Shown piece by piece: positions 35,902 to 49,409 of a DNA stretch of 64,000 bases. The translations under genes and the position numbers were made by a program. The notes under the pieces were generated by a model. It saw only the letters and a list, made by a program, of their open reading frames with translations. It ran no database searches and had not been told where the DNA came from. Source of the stretch: Lama guanicoe (Eukaryota); assembly GCA_013239625.1 (NCBI GenBank), contig MU054026.1, positions 1-64,000 of the forward strand, given 5' to 3'. The stretch's first letter is position 1. The number at the start of each line of letters is the position of its first letter.

Positions 35902-37949
35902 CAGTTTGGTTGTTTTGTTTTCTGTTTTTTTCCTTTCCCCAGCCCGGCATTGTTACTGGACCTCAGAGATGTCACACTGGTTTTGAAATAACTCTCACCA
36001 AGGGGCGGAGTTGCTTACCTTGTGAGGGAAATACTCTGAGGACACTTGAAAGAGGACATTGATCGCGTGGTCCAGGCTTACACTTTTCAGAGATTTTCCC
36101 TTCTTTAGAGCCCAGCTGGGCAGTTCTTCACCCAGGCTTCCAAAAGCCACCCAAATTCAGGTAAACACATTCTGAATTATTCCATGTGAGAGTGTAACCT
36201 CCCCAAAAGACAGCAATAAAAGTGACCTTCAGTCCTTTCAGAATTTCAGCCTTGTGATGAACCCTCGGATTTAGTGCATATGAGCTGCATGGTAAACCAG
36301 AATTCTTATGTTCCCGTCACACATCCTCCTACAACTATAGCCAAAGAAAAAAGGTGCTGAAGAAAAAAAATTTTATCATCTTTTATTTTACCCTCTAAAG
36401 TCAGATTTCGCGCATGGGAAGAAATGCCCTCACAGAGCCAAATTTCATGTTTGTTAATGTAACTGGACATTCGTGGCCCAGCCGCCACCTCCCGTTCCAC
36501 AGCGAGAATGACCCTCTTCCTGTATTACCATCAGTAACGGCACAGTGATGGGCTGGCTGGGACCGACCAGACGGGAATGAGCTCTGGGTCCCCTGGGCAC
36601 CAGGGTGATTTTTATTTACAGTGACAAGATGATCTTTACACTTGATTCTCTTTGGGCTGGACACACACAGCTCTATCCATACGCCGAAGCGCAGCCAGAC
36701 CAGCTCTTTCCGCTCTGCACTTTACTTAGCTGACTAGGTGTCAGCATTAATTTCTTGACTATGTGGAAATTTCACCTCTCTTGCTCTTAGGGATGTTTTC
36801 TTGGCCTCTCCAGTCCTGCGACTGGGAACGGTTCGGTCTTTTCTCATAAGCTCCTAACATTCTCTTTCTTTTCCGTTGCAATTATGATCTCCTGTGACAT
36901 TTACAAGGACTCGGTCTGCGGGAGATGGAGCTATAAACACGCAGGGAGCCTTGGCGACCCAGAGTATTCTTCTGCTCGAACATGCCAGGTAATAGCTCCA
37001 GGAGCCTTCAGCAAGAAGTTTGTGCTTTGAGCCTCCTGAGTCCATGTTCAACATCAAAAGCAGCTGACCAACAGCGCCTTTCTCAGCTGAACTCTTCCAA
37101 AAGGTGTTTGAAAGAATTACAGTTAAGCTTAATTATGTAAACAGAACAGTTCATTGTTCGGCTCTACAAAGCCCCTCATTTTCTTCTCAGTTGTAAGTGA
37201 ATGAGACTCACACGAAGGCTGGAAGAGAGTTTGCACTGGAGTTGGTTTCGAGACTCCAGGGACCGGTCAGAACCCAACTCGGACCACGGATGAGTTGCAC
37301 CACCTTTGACGAGTCATTCACTTCCTTGCATCTCTGTTTTCCTAATCTGCAAAAGGAAGTTGTTAACCTAGCTCATCTCTAAGGTTTCTTTCATTTCTAG
37401 TATTCTGGAAATAAATAAATAACCACCCATGTTCTTTTCCTTTTAATGTTCTTTTCTGGGAAACCGTTGCTTGCCTGTTACAGTTGAAGACTGAAACAAC
37501 AGGTGACCCTTCTGTGTTGAGTTCTGCTGACCTCCATGCTCACATATTTTCCCCTCCTAACCACAGGCATGAGCAAGCTGGGACCAGCAGGTGTTTGCCC
37601 TCATCCACCAGGAAATTCACTCACTCATTCATTCGGAGGCTTTGCCGGGCAGTGAGAATGACCAGTTGGTCTTCATTTATTACTAAGGTGCTGTCTCCAC
37701 TCTGATTCCTGGCCTCTGAGAACTCCATGCTCTTATTTATAGCAAAAGTATGTGCACCATGCAATTTAATTTCTGATTTTTTAAAAAAACTCACATTTAA
37801 AAACGTGTGTCCTCTCAATTAGATTATGAGGCCATTAAGAACAGAAAACACACTGGACTACCTCTGCTTTGGAATTACTAAGTGGTCAATGAATATTTAA
37901 TGGACACTTCATGACTTCCATCATATGGGAGGGATGGTCACAGATGAAT

Positions 37950-38136
37950 TTTGGTCCAAAGTGGAGTCCCTTTAACAGAAGCATCAGCATCATCCAGGGG
38001 ACCTTGTTAGAAATGCTGATCCCCAGGCTCCAGCCCAGACGTACAGAATCCGAGACTCCAGGGCTGTGGCCCATCTTTCTGTGGTTCTCGGACCCGCCAG
38101 GTGATTCTAATGCATGCTAATATTTGAGGATCACAG
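37950..38136. mobile_element. MER5A (hAT-Charlie)
   Basis: gcatcagcatca...cttgttagaaatgc...ccaggtgattctaatgcatgctaatatttgaggatcac. Confidence 0.88.
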
Positions 38137-39321
38137 CCATAGACCAATTTCTGAATCCCTGAACGTATAAGCAATCTCTCACCACAAATCCAAACACAGC
38201 AAAATGTTGTTATTTACATTGCAGTGGGAATATGCAGTGAATTAAGTTGCAGTTACATTAATTCATCCACTTGTGCTGGTGGCTTATTCAGGAGGATAAG
38301 ATGTCTGCCACCCAGACCCTCACCTGCCAACACAGTGGACGCAGCAGGCATCAGTGAGGGTTTTCCAGGGAAAACGCTCATTGGTTTTTATAAATGAAAA
38401 GCATCGCTAATATTATTATCTCACTCTAAGTTAATTCTTAGTGACTTAAATGTGGTTAAAGCACCAGGAACTGAGGCTATTCCATGGGTCACTGCATGAA
38501 CACTGGGGTTGGTTCAACTGATTTAGCTGGAGGGGTATTAACGTCCCCTCCTCTCTTTCTAGTCCTGGGGTTTCTCCAAACTGGGCATTCTCATAGAAGA
38601 CAATACATGCGCTCGCCTATGAAAAAAATCCCAAGGTATGATCAAAATCCATTGTAAGAGAATGTTGGATTCTCTTGATCCATCCGAATGAGGGGCTGCA
38701 TGCAACCCTTATCGCTCTATTTTATTTATTTATGTTTTTCTTTTATTATTTTAAAGTGCAGATGATCTGGTTTCTGCCAGTGAATCTTTGCATATGTATT
38801 ATTTCCGTCAGTGACCCTGAATAATGAATATACTTACCAACAAAGAGGCCCTGAAAAGGTGTGGGTTTGTGTTAGTGTGCGTGTTTGTGCAGAGGCCGAC
38901 ATTATTACAGGAGACAGTGAAAAGAATGATTTATTCTCCTAAAATGCATCACCAAGCTTCCTGAGAGTTAATTACTCCTGAGAAATTAGCCCTGCTCTGT
39001 CACCGGCTTACTGACAGGCTGTGATTGCCGCTGGTAAACACCTGGAAGCAACTGCCGTCAGCTGCTCACCTGTGAGTCTAGTCTGTGTGGTAAGCGTGCC
39101 CACCAGAGGAGGAGTTTTGGCTTGAAGTTATGCACGTGCGTGGGAAGGGGGTGGCATAGAACGGTCAAGAGATTTGCGAGGGTTCTAAGGAAAATCAGTT
39201 CAGTAAATCAATACAAAATGTTCAAGTTCCTCTTTTCTACTTAATCCCCTTTTAGACCAAAGACGCATGGTTTCCTGCTGCTTTAAGAACAAGCCATCTA
39301 AACTGGGAGTTCAGACACAGC

Positions 39322-39437
39322 AGAGGAAGGAGGGAAGGAGGGAGGGGAGGGAAGGAGAAGAGGGTGCGAGAAAGGAAGAAGGGAGGGAGGAGGGAAGGAA
39401 GGAAGGAAAAGGGGGAGAGTGGGAAGAGGAAAAGGAA
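39322..39437. repeat. GGAA/GGGA-rich low-complexity tract
   Basis: Directly visible. Confidence 0.9.
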
Positions 39438-39654
39438 ATTAATGTGGTACCCGATTTTATAGAGAGGATCATATATAATATAGGAACTCAGAGACAGAGC
39501 ATTGGCAAGAGGTGACTAACCAAGCAAAGATTCCTGGAGAAGTGAGACTTGAGTAGCCTTAAAGGAAGAATATGCAGCAAGGAAAAGAAAGTTGTTCCTA
39601 CCAAACAGGAGCTTCTCTCAGAATTCATTCTCTTCCAATTAGGCTAGAAAATGA

Positions 39655-39960
39655 GAAAAGCAGCTGCCGACCTCTTTTATTTAAAGCATCCTGACTATTT
39701 AGCTCCTGTCAGTGAACAGATAAATTATATCACCACTTATTCCCAATCTCCCAGTGGCTTTCAATACTGCAGAAACGATTTTTTTTTCCTGCAGACAAAT
39801 TAATCCATTTCTTTTAAAAAAAAATAATAGATTTTTATTGATATATTTAAAGCATCTGTCAATCCCTGTGCAAACTGCCAAATCATGTGTTAAATTTAAA
39901 AATAGAGCTGAACACTTAAAACTCATCAGACTGTAATAATTGAGCTCAGACTTGAAAAGG
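39655..39960. promoter_or_regulatory. Candidate conserved enhancer
   Basis: Repeat-free AT-rich block with two CTGTCA (MEIS/TALE) sites, AGATAA, and several TAAT and TTTATT cores. Confidence 0.4.
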
Positions 39961-41019
39961 GAAGGAATATGAACGAAAGCAAGGCACAAGAACTAAGTTA
40001 ACTGGATCCCAGACATTTTATGGAATCCAAACCGTCCATTGCTTTCCACTAGGGAAGCCATGATTTGTACACTGTACAGTCAATAAGAAAAATCCTATTT
40101 CCCTAGTAATTCTAAGATAGATAGAAACTACAAATAGGAAGTTAAATGAAATTCCTTCTCTTCAACAACGGTAGGGAACTGTGATAATTTACTTTAAAGA
40201 AGCACATATTTCAATATTTCCAAGATCCTTTGGAACATCATTTAGCAATTTAGACTTCCGGACCATTCACTGTAGAATTTTAACTCGAAACCCACAAGTG
40301 GGTGGATATTTTATTTCTTTCCTCTATCCCAGTTCATGGTGAAGTGACCCCCTCCTCCCTACCTGGTTAAGAAGATGGCAAAAAGGATGGTGTTTTAATA
40401 TAGAGTCTTGGTTCTTCAAGAAATAATAACCCGTATTACTTTATAATCAGTTACTAGTATCCATGGGCACAACTTATCTACCAGATCAACTAACCTAGTT
40501 ATCCAGTGCCTGCTTTTGCGCAAATCACACAAGCTCCGCCTTCAAGGGATTTAAAGTTGGTGTTAAGAAAGGCGAATAGCTATGAGACATTTTACAAATC
40601 AAAATAAAACTCAGTAACAAGCTATGAGTCATAAGTTAAATTACATCATAGATTAAACAGGCAATCTGTTTTTTTTAAGGCATCATGTATAAGGCTTTGA
40701 ACTCAGTATGTACTCATTACACACGTGTTGAATGATGAACAATACCAACAAACATAATAGTACAGAGGCTGTCAACTTCTAAGTAAGCTGAAATGGTCAA
40801 GGGAGGACACATTACGGAAAAACACTTAGATTTAAGAAGAACAGATTTTTCTGTTATTGCTGTTTTATTGAGGCATAATCAGTTTACAACGTTGTGTCAC
40901 TTTCTGGTGTACAACGCAAGGCTTCTGTCATACAGAACCATCTTTTAATGGGTTGAATTTAGAAAGACAAAAAGGCATCAGAATAGTTATCACAGATGAA
41001 AAAAGATAAGCAAAATTTT

Positions 41020-41158
41020 TGGTCTTCACTGTTCAGTATCATATCCGCGAGTGACACACGGCGAATTCACTGGCCACTCAAGTGCTCACATGTGGCTGGT
41101 GGCGACCACCCTGGACTGAGCAGATGTAGAACGTAGAAGTCTCCATTAGACAGCACTG
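41020..41158. mobile_element. MER3-like hAT-Charlie fragment
   Basis: caagtgctcacatgtggctggtggcgaccacc...gcagatgtagaac...ccattagacagcactg. Confidence 0.7.
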
Positions 41159-41180
41159 GTTCAAACTCTTGAAAATACAT

Positions 41181-41202
41181 TGTGTGTGTGTGTGTGTGTG
41201 TG
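41181..41202. repeat. (TG)11 microsatellite
   Basis: Directly visible. Confidence 0.95.
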
Positions 41203-41613
41203 TTGAGAGAGTGGAGAGTTTGGCCAGTTGGCTTTCTATAAATCCATCGTCTCACCTATAAAATGAGGAAGGACACAGTGTGAACTATGATTCCCCCAGT
41301 CTAAAATTCTGTGTCTGTGTCTACATTGTAAAGTCGATATTGCAGCTGCTTTGTACACAGGAGAGTGGAAGAGAAATTTTAGAAAGAAAAATGGAAAGAG
41401 AAAATAGAGGAGACTTACCAGGGCTTAGACCCATCCTGTGGGCAATGGTGAGCCACTGGCAGGACTGAAGAGGAAACTGCCGTAGTCAATGTGGCTGTCA
41501 TCTGCACTGTGAAATTTCCCTCTCATTTATGTCACCTTTTCCTCCCATTTCTCAGCTGCCATTGGGAAATCACGTCTCATTCCTTTGAACAATCGTATGT
41601 TCCTAATTTCCAG

Positions 41614-42068
41614 ATGTATCAATAGGATCTTTAGGGAAGTAGACACTTAGATGGGGTTAGGAGTGCAAATGATTTTATTGAAAAACTCTTATGAAAGATT
41701 TAAAAAGTGAGGAGAGAAGACACAGTCAGGCAGCCTTGACTCTGTCACTATTGAAGGACAAGAGTAAAGGAAGCAGGACTGGGCAGAGAGAACTTCAGAT
41801 CACAGATTCTCAGCTATCCCGATGGAGAACTCAGAGCAAAGGTGGCCCATTAGAGGAACTCTTCATTGGGGAAAAAATTAGCCAGACTCTAGAACCCTCA
41901 GTCCTTTTCTGGGTACCACCTACGAAGAGTGTGGCCATGGTTCAAAAGCTGAGGCAGGTCCTGAAGGGGCTGCAGCTGAATGATGTCCGATAACTGCCCC
42001 CCTTGCCCCTGAAAAGAGAATCTTGTCTTAAAGTGAGATCTTAGCAGCACACTTTCTTGGTCAACACA
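41614..42068 (-). mobile_element. LTR16-like ERVL solo LTR
   Basis: gggaagtagacacttagatggggttaggagtgcaaatgattttattg...ggaagcaggactgggcagagaga...gagcaaaggtggcccattagagga. Confidence 0.75.
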
Positions 42069-42849
42069 CCAGCTTGCAACTCTAAGACTCCAGCCACCGT
42101 CTCTCCATTTTGCAGTCTCCGATATGGTTTTATTTTTGGCTCATCCTTCGCCTAGAACAGCGTGGGGCAAGGCAAGTAAGATTGAAAATAAACCCTAATA
42201 AAAGGGTGGGGCATCAAAGAAGGAAAGAATCTCATAAAAATTCTTCCATTGCCTCTAGTCCATAAGGTGTTTTGGTTGGATTGTGGTAAGCCAAAATTCT
42301 GTATCTGCAGCCTTGGCTCCGTTGCTGACATGTCCTGAGCTGGGCTGTTACAAGGAGCAAAAAGGAAAGTAGAGGAGAAAAGGGCTTTCTATTCAGTTAT
42401 ATAAAGGCATAGGTCTACCCTATTCACATCTATGCTAATGAACCTTTCTAGGTCCAGAAAAAAGTAGAGCTGCCAAATATCCACCTCATGTGGGCTGCTG
42501 CCTAGATAATTCCAAATGTCTCTTTCAACTGTAATGGAAAGAAAAATGTCACAAATGCACATCTCTAACATTAAGCAAAGAGTCGAATCTGGGGAATTTA
42601 ATGTCCTGCTGACTTTGGGCGTTTTAGACATGGCCCTGAAGGGAATTTATTCCTCTCCCCTTGAAAAGAGGGCTGCTCTAAATAACATGAGATTTTTCTA
42701 AATGTTAAATTTTCCCATCTGGGTGAAGCCATTAGTCATAAATAGGTTTATAGTGGGTTGAAGATGCAAAGATGGTTACATATGAAGAACCCAAATTTAA
42801 ACTGAGGCTGGGTATGAAATGGGTTCTACCATTATTCAGTGCTCAAGGC

Positions 42850-43030
42850 CAGTGGTTGTCAAACTATGACCCTCAAACCAATGTCCTCAGCATTAGCTGA
42901 AACTTGGTAACAAATTCACATGCACCTCAACCAGATACACGTACTGAATCAGAAACTCTGGGGATGAGGCCAGCAATCTGTGGTTCGACAAGCCTCCAAG
43001 TGGTTCCGATGCTCAAGATTGAGAACCAAT
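42850..43030. mobile_element. MER5A (hAT-Charlie)
   Basis: cagtggttgtcaaact...tactgaatcagaaactctggggatgaggccagcaatctgtg...ttgagaacca. Confidence 0.88.
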
Positions 43031-43319
43031 GGTCCAGTTCAGGATGATGTGGGTTAAAATCCAATGTCACAATAACTAAGTTCAAGTATCCTACTGGGAG
43101 GGCCGTATTCCATAAAACTAGAGTTGAATTCTGAAGAAATTGAAGTCATGACCATGAAGAACAGGTTTTATTTAAGTGAAGGTGTCAGCAAGGAAGAGAC
43201 CAAGAGACCATTCAGCGTGTATGCTCTATAAAGAGGAGTGGTTCTGGCTGGTGATGAAATCTAACTGTGGTCTCAACACTGGGGACCTATGTGAAGTGTG
43301 GATGTGAGTGGTTGCTAGC

Positions 43320-44600
43320 TTCAGGTGTGATGTTTTCTGTGCATTTACATATATGATAGCATACCACAGACAGTGTTCTGCGCCTTGTTTTTATGTTGGA
43401 ATTTTTTGTTATGATTTTATATAGAACCACATCATTTGTTTGAATAGTTGCTTAGTATCTCATTATATTCTTTATAATGGATATAATCACCTTGAAAGGG
43501 GAACTGTGTAATTTTAGCAGGCAGAAGAGAGACTTCCTTTATACTGTATATTCTTTTTTTTTTAATTTCGTACTGTCTGCATGCATTAGCCTATGCTAAT
43601 AGATACATGGAATTACATTTCTGACATAGCATCATTTAAATAACCAGTCCCATATATGGGGCATTGAGTTTTAACCTTTTGTTACTAGAACAATGTTGCA
43701 AAAAATACCCTTGCATGTAGATCATTTAGCACATGGACTAGTGTATCTGTAGAATAAACACTAAAAAAATTCCATCTTGGCTTAAATGAAAAGTGATTTT
43801 TTTAATTAAATGATATTTCCAAAAGATCTTCCATAAAAGCCCTAAGTCAAACCATAATGAAATCAGAGTGCTTTTTCTTCACAATAACTAATATGCTGGG
43901 CTACCTTTTCACATTTTTTTGTCTATGAGATGGAAAATGGTAAGCAGTATAGCTTAATTTGTCCTTCATTTATTTCAGGGAGACTGAGCACATTTGTTAA
44001 AAAGCCATTACTTTCTTTATAAACTGTATATTGATCTCTTTCCCCGTGTTCTCTCTTGGATTACTTGTCTTTTTTTCTTATTGATCTGTAGAAACTCTTT
44101 ATATATTAAATAATATACCTTTTCATCTATCATGTAAATTGATTTTTTTAGTTAGGTTGTCTTTTTCCCTATAAATATCTAATGTTTTTATGTAGAAGTC
44201 CATTTTGTTATATTATATTATAAATGTTTTCATGGTAAAACTTTTGGAAATGATGGATATGTTCATTATTTAGATTGTAGAAATGATTTCATGCATGTAC
44301 ACATATGTCAAACATATAATTATGCACTTTAAATGTGTAGTTAATTGTATGCCAATTATACCTTATTAAGATTGTTTTAGAAATTACTATTACATATGCT
44401 TTTCTTCCATTATGTGTTCTAACTTGATGTTATAAGTATAGTTGATCAAATATGTGAGTTATTAATTCCTGTATATTATTTTGGTATTCAGCCATCTTAT
44501 TAAATTCTCTTACCTGTTAAAACAGGCTTTCTGTTATTTAGTTTTCCAGGTAAAACTTGACTTTCCTCAATTTTTCCTCGCCCTTCTATTTATCTCTTTT
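43320..44600 (-). mobile_element. Decayed ancient L1 (minus) containing a plus-strand L1M 3' piece (~44230-44380)
   Basis: T-rich with L1 motifs (caatgttgcaaaaaatacccttgcatgta, gactgagcacattt, tcttattgatctgtagaaactctttatatatt); inner piece aaacttttggaaatgatggatatgttcattat...caattatacctt. Confidence 0.65.
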
Positions 44601-47249
44601 GTCTTCACATCCATATTGTTCCAATATTCAGCCCTAAGAGCTGGGTTTAGAAGCACACAGAGGATGGTTGCTCATTCAAGGATGGAGTGGGCTAGGTTTT
44701 CTCCATGTGGCTGAATGGCAGCTAAGGGGAAGCCTACACTGATTGTCACCTCATGTCAGTGAGAGAGTGTCCCTGGTCTTTGTCAGGCTCAGCACAAAGT
44801 ACCCAAAGTAGAAGTTGCAAGAGGAGATCAAAACACACTATCAAAGGGGGAATGTTAGAATATTATTCCGGGATGGAATGGAAGGATCCCAAACTTCAAG
44901 CTCAGTTGAGTCCAACAGGTAACGCCAAGCCCAGGGAAAGGGCTGTGGAGAATTGAAAAGGGCGCTCCCAGCTCACAGTTTCAAAGTGCTCCCCTGGTGA
45001 AAAGCAGACACCTCTAAGGGCTCCTGGCTGAGGTCAGAATTGGAAATAAAAGGGCAATGACTCTGGTCAGAAACTTTTACCATTCAACTCATTCGATCAG
45101 CAGACATTTATTAAGGAAGAAATATATCAAGCATTGGGGATGTAATGTTAAACATCACCTAACTAATTAAAAATAGTTTGTAATCTACCTGGAGGACAAA
45201 ACATCTTTCTGAGAAAGTGAAACGAGACTCCCAGATGAGATGCCACTTGACAGGGTTTTATGTAAGTGGGGCTTGGCCCAGCGGAGTGTAGAATTAAAGA
45301 GCAGGCTCAGATCCACTTCACCAACGATGGACCGTGACGACGTTGTCTCACTCCTGATCAGGGGCCCTATCCTCCTCGTTTTGCTACAGAAATGGACTCA
45401 GCAATGAGCACTCTGATCCACGAAATATCTAGGCTCAACCGGAAGTGTATCAGGGAATACAGAACTCTGTCTTTTTCACAGTTTCACTGATAGCCAGCCC
45501 CATGCCCTCTTAGAAATGTGACTATCGAGAATGTAAGATGATTTTCCTCACGCCCTCATGGATTTAGAGCAAACTTTCTACTCTCCCGCCCTCCACTCTG
45601 GTAAAGCATTGGCAGCTCTACCGTCCTCCGCCAACCCTTCACGTTGACTTGGGGCCAGAGAGCAGGCGTTATAAGGACAGGTAAAAACAGAGCTTGGCAC
45701 ATTAGCATTTCCAGCCTACCACATCGGGGGAATCTCAGCGTTTTCAATATATATTTAAAATAACGGAGCGAGACAGGCTGCTGCCTTCCCTCAAAATTGC
45801 CAGCGTATGCTCCGAGATCTCCTGCATTTTGCATTGTGTCAGTCTGTGTCAGAGGTTTCAGGAAAGGTAATACAGAAGATGAATGAAAGTCTATCATTGC
45901 AGTGCCAAGATGAAAAAGTGACAGCTCATAATGAAAAGAAAAATAGTTTCCATTTTGGGCCTCTGTAAGTAAGAAAGTGACAGAGTCTTGGGAACTGTGA
46001 GCCTGAAAAATGGTCCTTTTGACAGACGTGCCTGTAAGAGAGAGGGTCCCGGATATAACGCTACCTGTAACAGAGGGAATAATGGTCATTTTAGGCATTG
46101 CATGATTTTGAATAAATCCTTGGCTACTCCCCAGAAAATGGAGTTGAAAGGAATCTGGGAAGAGTGGTGGGTTAATTTAAGGAATAAATGACCACATTTT
46201 TTTTCAGTCTTTTAAGCCTAAGTTAGTTAAATTTATTTCCATCAGAAATAACCAAAAGCCAATAGTAGTAATAAAAAGAATTTTGCCTCAGCAATGGTAA
46301 GGAAAAGTGTCTCTCTAGAATCTTCCATCAGGATTCTGTTTCTTTGTGGACAAAACTTTTAGAATCAAGTTCTAGATTGGCTATAATAATTTGGTATTTG
46401 TAAACTAATTGAAATTTGAATTCAAGTTAAGACAACAGAGTAAAATAGTGATTTAAAAAAAATTAATACCAAATTTCAAGATGCTTGGGATTACCTGACA
46501 AACTACTTTCCTTTTTCTTTAACCGCAAATATTACTTTAGCGGCAGCCTTAGGTGTTAGCCCATTTGCAGTGCTTACAATGGCTTCCCCTGCAGAATTTC
46601 TTTATCCACTCGACACAAGCACGACCAGAAACACACTAGCAACTCATTTAACAAAGTTAGATCGGTAATGCTTTCCTGCACATTTGCTCTACTGAGAACA
46701 CACGCTAGCAGATCGATTTTCTTAAATCAGGCTCTACAAAACCTATCTAGCAATTGAGGCTCCTAGAGTTTCCACTCTCTCAGCTTCAAGCATAAGCTAA
46801 AAGAAATAAATGATGACGAAAAGGAGTGATTGCTGCCCATCGAGCGCTGAACTGTGGAGCTGGAGAGAGAACAGGAAATTATTTATCGCAGGGTCTGAGA
46901 GCTGGCAGGGGCAGAGGGGTGTGTGCTCTGCTCGGCACTCCTAGGGGCTGGGAGCTGGGCGTGCCTCGCATGTCAGTTCCTTTTTAGAGCCGATCTAATT
47001 AGCCAGCGAGCTTCCTGGTTCCATGTCAATATCAATCTCATCTGACGCATTCTTTGCTCCCGTCTGGCCCCTGGAAATGCAGGGAAAGGGCCTACCCTTC
47101 CTCCAAACGATAACCCTGCATCTGTTTGTAACTAGCTGCTCAGCCCCCATTGGACAACTCTCTTTACAATCTCTTCCACCAAGAAGAGTCTTGAAGGAGA
47201 AAGGGATTCAGAGCCCACCTCCTTCCTGGGTGTCGTCCCGACGTGCCCT

Positions 47250-47445
47250 TCCCTCCAGCACGTATCTCCCGACCAAGACCAGGTGCTTATCCACTCACAG
47301 TCATTGTGGTCATGCGCCAACCATTTTACTTCCTGAGCTCGATCTTTAGAATGAGGGTAATTCCTGTTTGGTTCAGTTTTTGTGAGAATGGAGTTAACAT
47401 GTAAGAAGTTCCAGGCAAAAGGAAGGTATTCAGTAAATGACAGTC
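47250..47445 (+). mobile_element. MIR
   Basis: tttagaatgagggtaattcctg...tttgtgagaatggagttaacatgtaagaag...aaggtattcagtaaatg. Confidence 0.6.
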
Positions 47446-48335
47446 CCTGTTTCCCCAAGGCTTAGGGTTGAATTTGCTACCTTTGTTTCTCGGATAAATG
47501 TCACATAATAATAACACTGAAAACATTTGGGGGGGTAAGAAGGAAGGAAGACGGGGACGGGGCATTCAATTCATTTTACAATGCGGACTGGGGAAACACA
47601 GGAAAGCAGGCACGTCTAAGCGGGGCTCTTGGCTTTCTCTTATTTCGTTTTTAAACACACAGTGTCCCTAAATCACAGTGGTTTGGGTGCTGGAACACAG
47701 CGCCTGGGGCACTCGCTGCCATCTGCCCTTCCGAAACACATTCCTGGGCAAAAACCAAAATAGGAAAGATAATGAATGTCACTGGAGAAAGCACATTTCA
47801 GTACAACCAGTCTCAGGAAACTCAAGACTGAAACTCTGCGTGAGTCCAAAGAAACAGGTCCCGAGGCTGAGTTTCATTAGTTGGGGATAAACTGTCCAAC
47901 TACATGCAGGCAGCGTCTGCTCTCGAAATCCAAAACCGGAATGGACCAAAGGCAAAGAAAGAGATCGTATTATGCTGGGAACAATGCGACTCTGAAAAGA
48001 CGGCGAAGAGGAGTCCTGCTCGATCTCCCATGTCTCACATGCGTTCAGCAAAGGACAGATGTTTCCTCTGGATGCTGGGATGAGGAGAATTTCCCGCGCG
48101 GAGGTCACTGCTAATCAAAGGGGGCACTGTGTGCACTTCCGAATTAAATATGCCAAGGATCTGGGGATGGAAGTGGGGATAAGAATGTTTCTCCAGTGCT
48201 TGGTTTTGCCCTCACACTCTCCCATCTGCTTCCCATCTTGGTTTGCTGATCTCCAGCCCCGTAGATTCAGTTCCTACATCCCCCATCACGCACTCTGCTC
48301 TCATTGTTTAGAAATGAGACCCACCTCACCACCAT

Positions 48336-48389
48336 CACACACACACACAGAAATGCGCACGTGTGCGTGTACACACACACACACACACG
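48336..48389. repeat. Interrupted (CA)n / alternating purine-pyrimidine tract
   Basis: Directly visible. Confidence 0.9.
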
Positions 48390-48919
48390 ACTAGTTTGTC
48401 CATTTGTTTGCTTTTTCCAAAGGAATGGTACGGAAAAAAGAAAAAGTTACCGTAAAAAAGAGTTGTGTGGAGGGAAAGATGGTGTCAGATTGGGGAGGGG
48501 CATGGGATTTCAATTGAACCTTAAAGTAAGGCTCTGATTTAGATAAGCAGAGAGGAGAAGGAAGCCATTTCCTACTGGAGCAGTCTGCCCACAGGCAGGG
48601 AGCTGATTCAATCAAGACAGACTCCATGCTTAGCAGCCTTTCAGCACAGAGGGCCACACCTGGTGGAGGCTTTCAAGATTCATACAGAATAACCAAAACC
48701 ACACTTGGGGCCGCCTGTAGTTCCAACCTTAATCAACTATACGGATTTGAGTTTCTCCTGAATTTTACCCCTGGCTGCATGGCTTACATGGCAAAATGGA
48801 AAGTCGTCAACTTGGTCAGTGAACACCCAGACCACTAAGATTGGGTAAGTGTGCTGGCTACTAATCTATTACTTCTTGACTCCAAACTCACTTCTTTTGG
48901 TCCTTCTTCGTGATACCCA

Positions 48920-49409
48920 GCTGGGACACTGCACATGACATTTGTGCCTTTCAACTGGGCCTGGGGGGCTGGACCTCCGCCCCAAGGGCCCTTCTCTGTG
49001 TTTCTGAGTTCCTTCTTGGATAGTTTTCTTTAGCCTTAGGGTATAGATGCTTCCTGTATTGCTGCCTCGGTCACTCTCTACCGCTCTTCCGTCCCCCTCT
49101 GAGTAGTTAACCCCCCTTTACCTAGCGCCAGCTATTCACACTGAACTGAGCCTTCAGCAACGCTGTGTTGTGCATTCGAAGGTTGCTGAGAGTTAATCCT
49201 GACAGTTCCCATCACAAGGAAGGAAATTTATGACTGTGTGAAGTGATGGCTTTTAACCCATATACACTTACGTCAAATCCTCATGTTGTGTATCTTAAAT
49301 GTATACAACGCTGTACGTCAATTATATCTCAGTAAGACTGGGGAAAAGTTACCCTGTTCAAAATAATGGATATGATTTTTGTCTCTTAACCTGGACCCTG
49401 ACTGATACA
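48920..49409 (+). mobile_element. ERVL-type LTR remnant with a nested L1 3' end (~49160-49345)
   Basis: Ends in ctggaccctgactgataca (ERVL-like LTR terminus); inner L1 motifs aaggttgctgagag...atgttgtgtatcttaaatgtatacaacgctgtacgtcaattatatctcagtaagactggggaaaa. Confidence 0.6.

Noticed and set aside
45556..46098. Longest ORF (180 aa, minus strand)
   Set aside because: No recognisable domain, no splice or promoter context and random-looking composition; an ORF of this length can arise by chance in 64 kb.
48721..48850. Plus-strand exon candidate ending in a GTAAGT donor
   Set aside because: The acceptor lacks a polypyrimidine tract, and isolated consensus donors are expected by chance.
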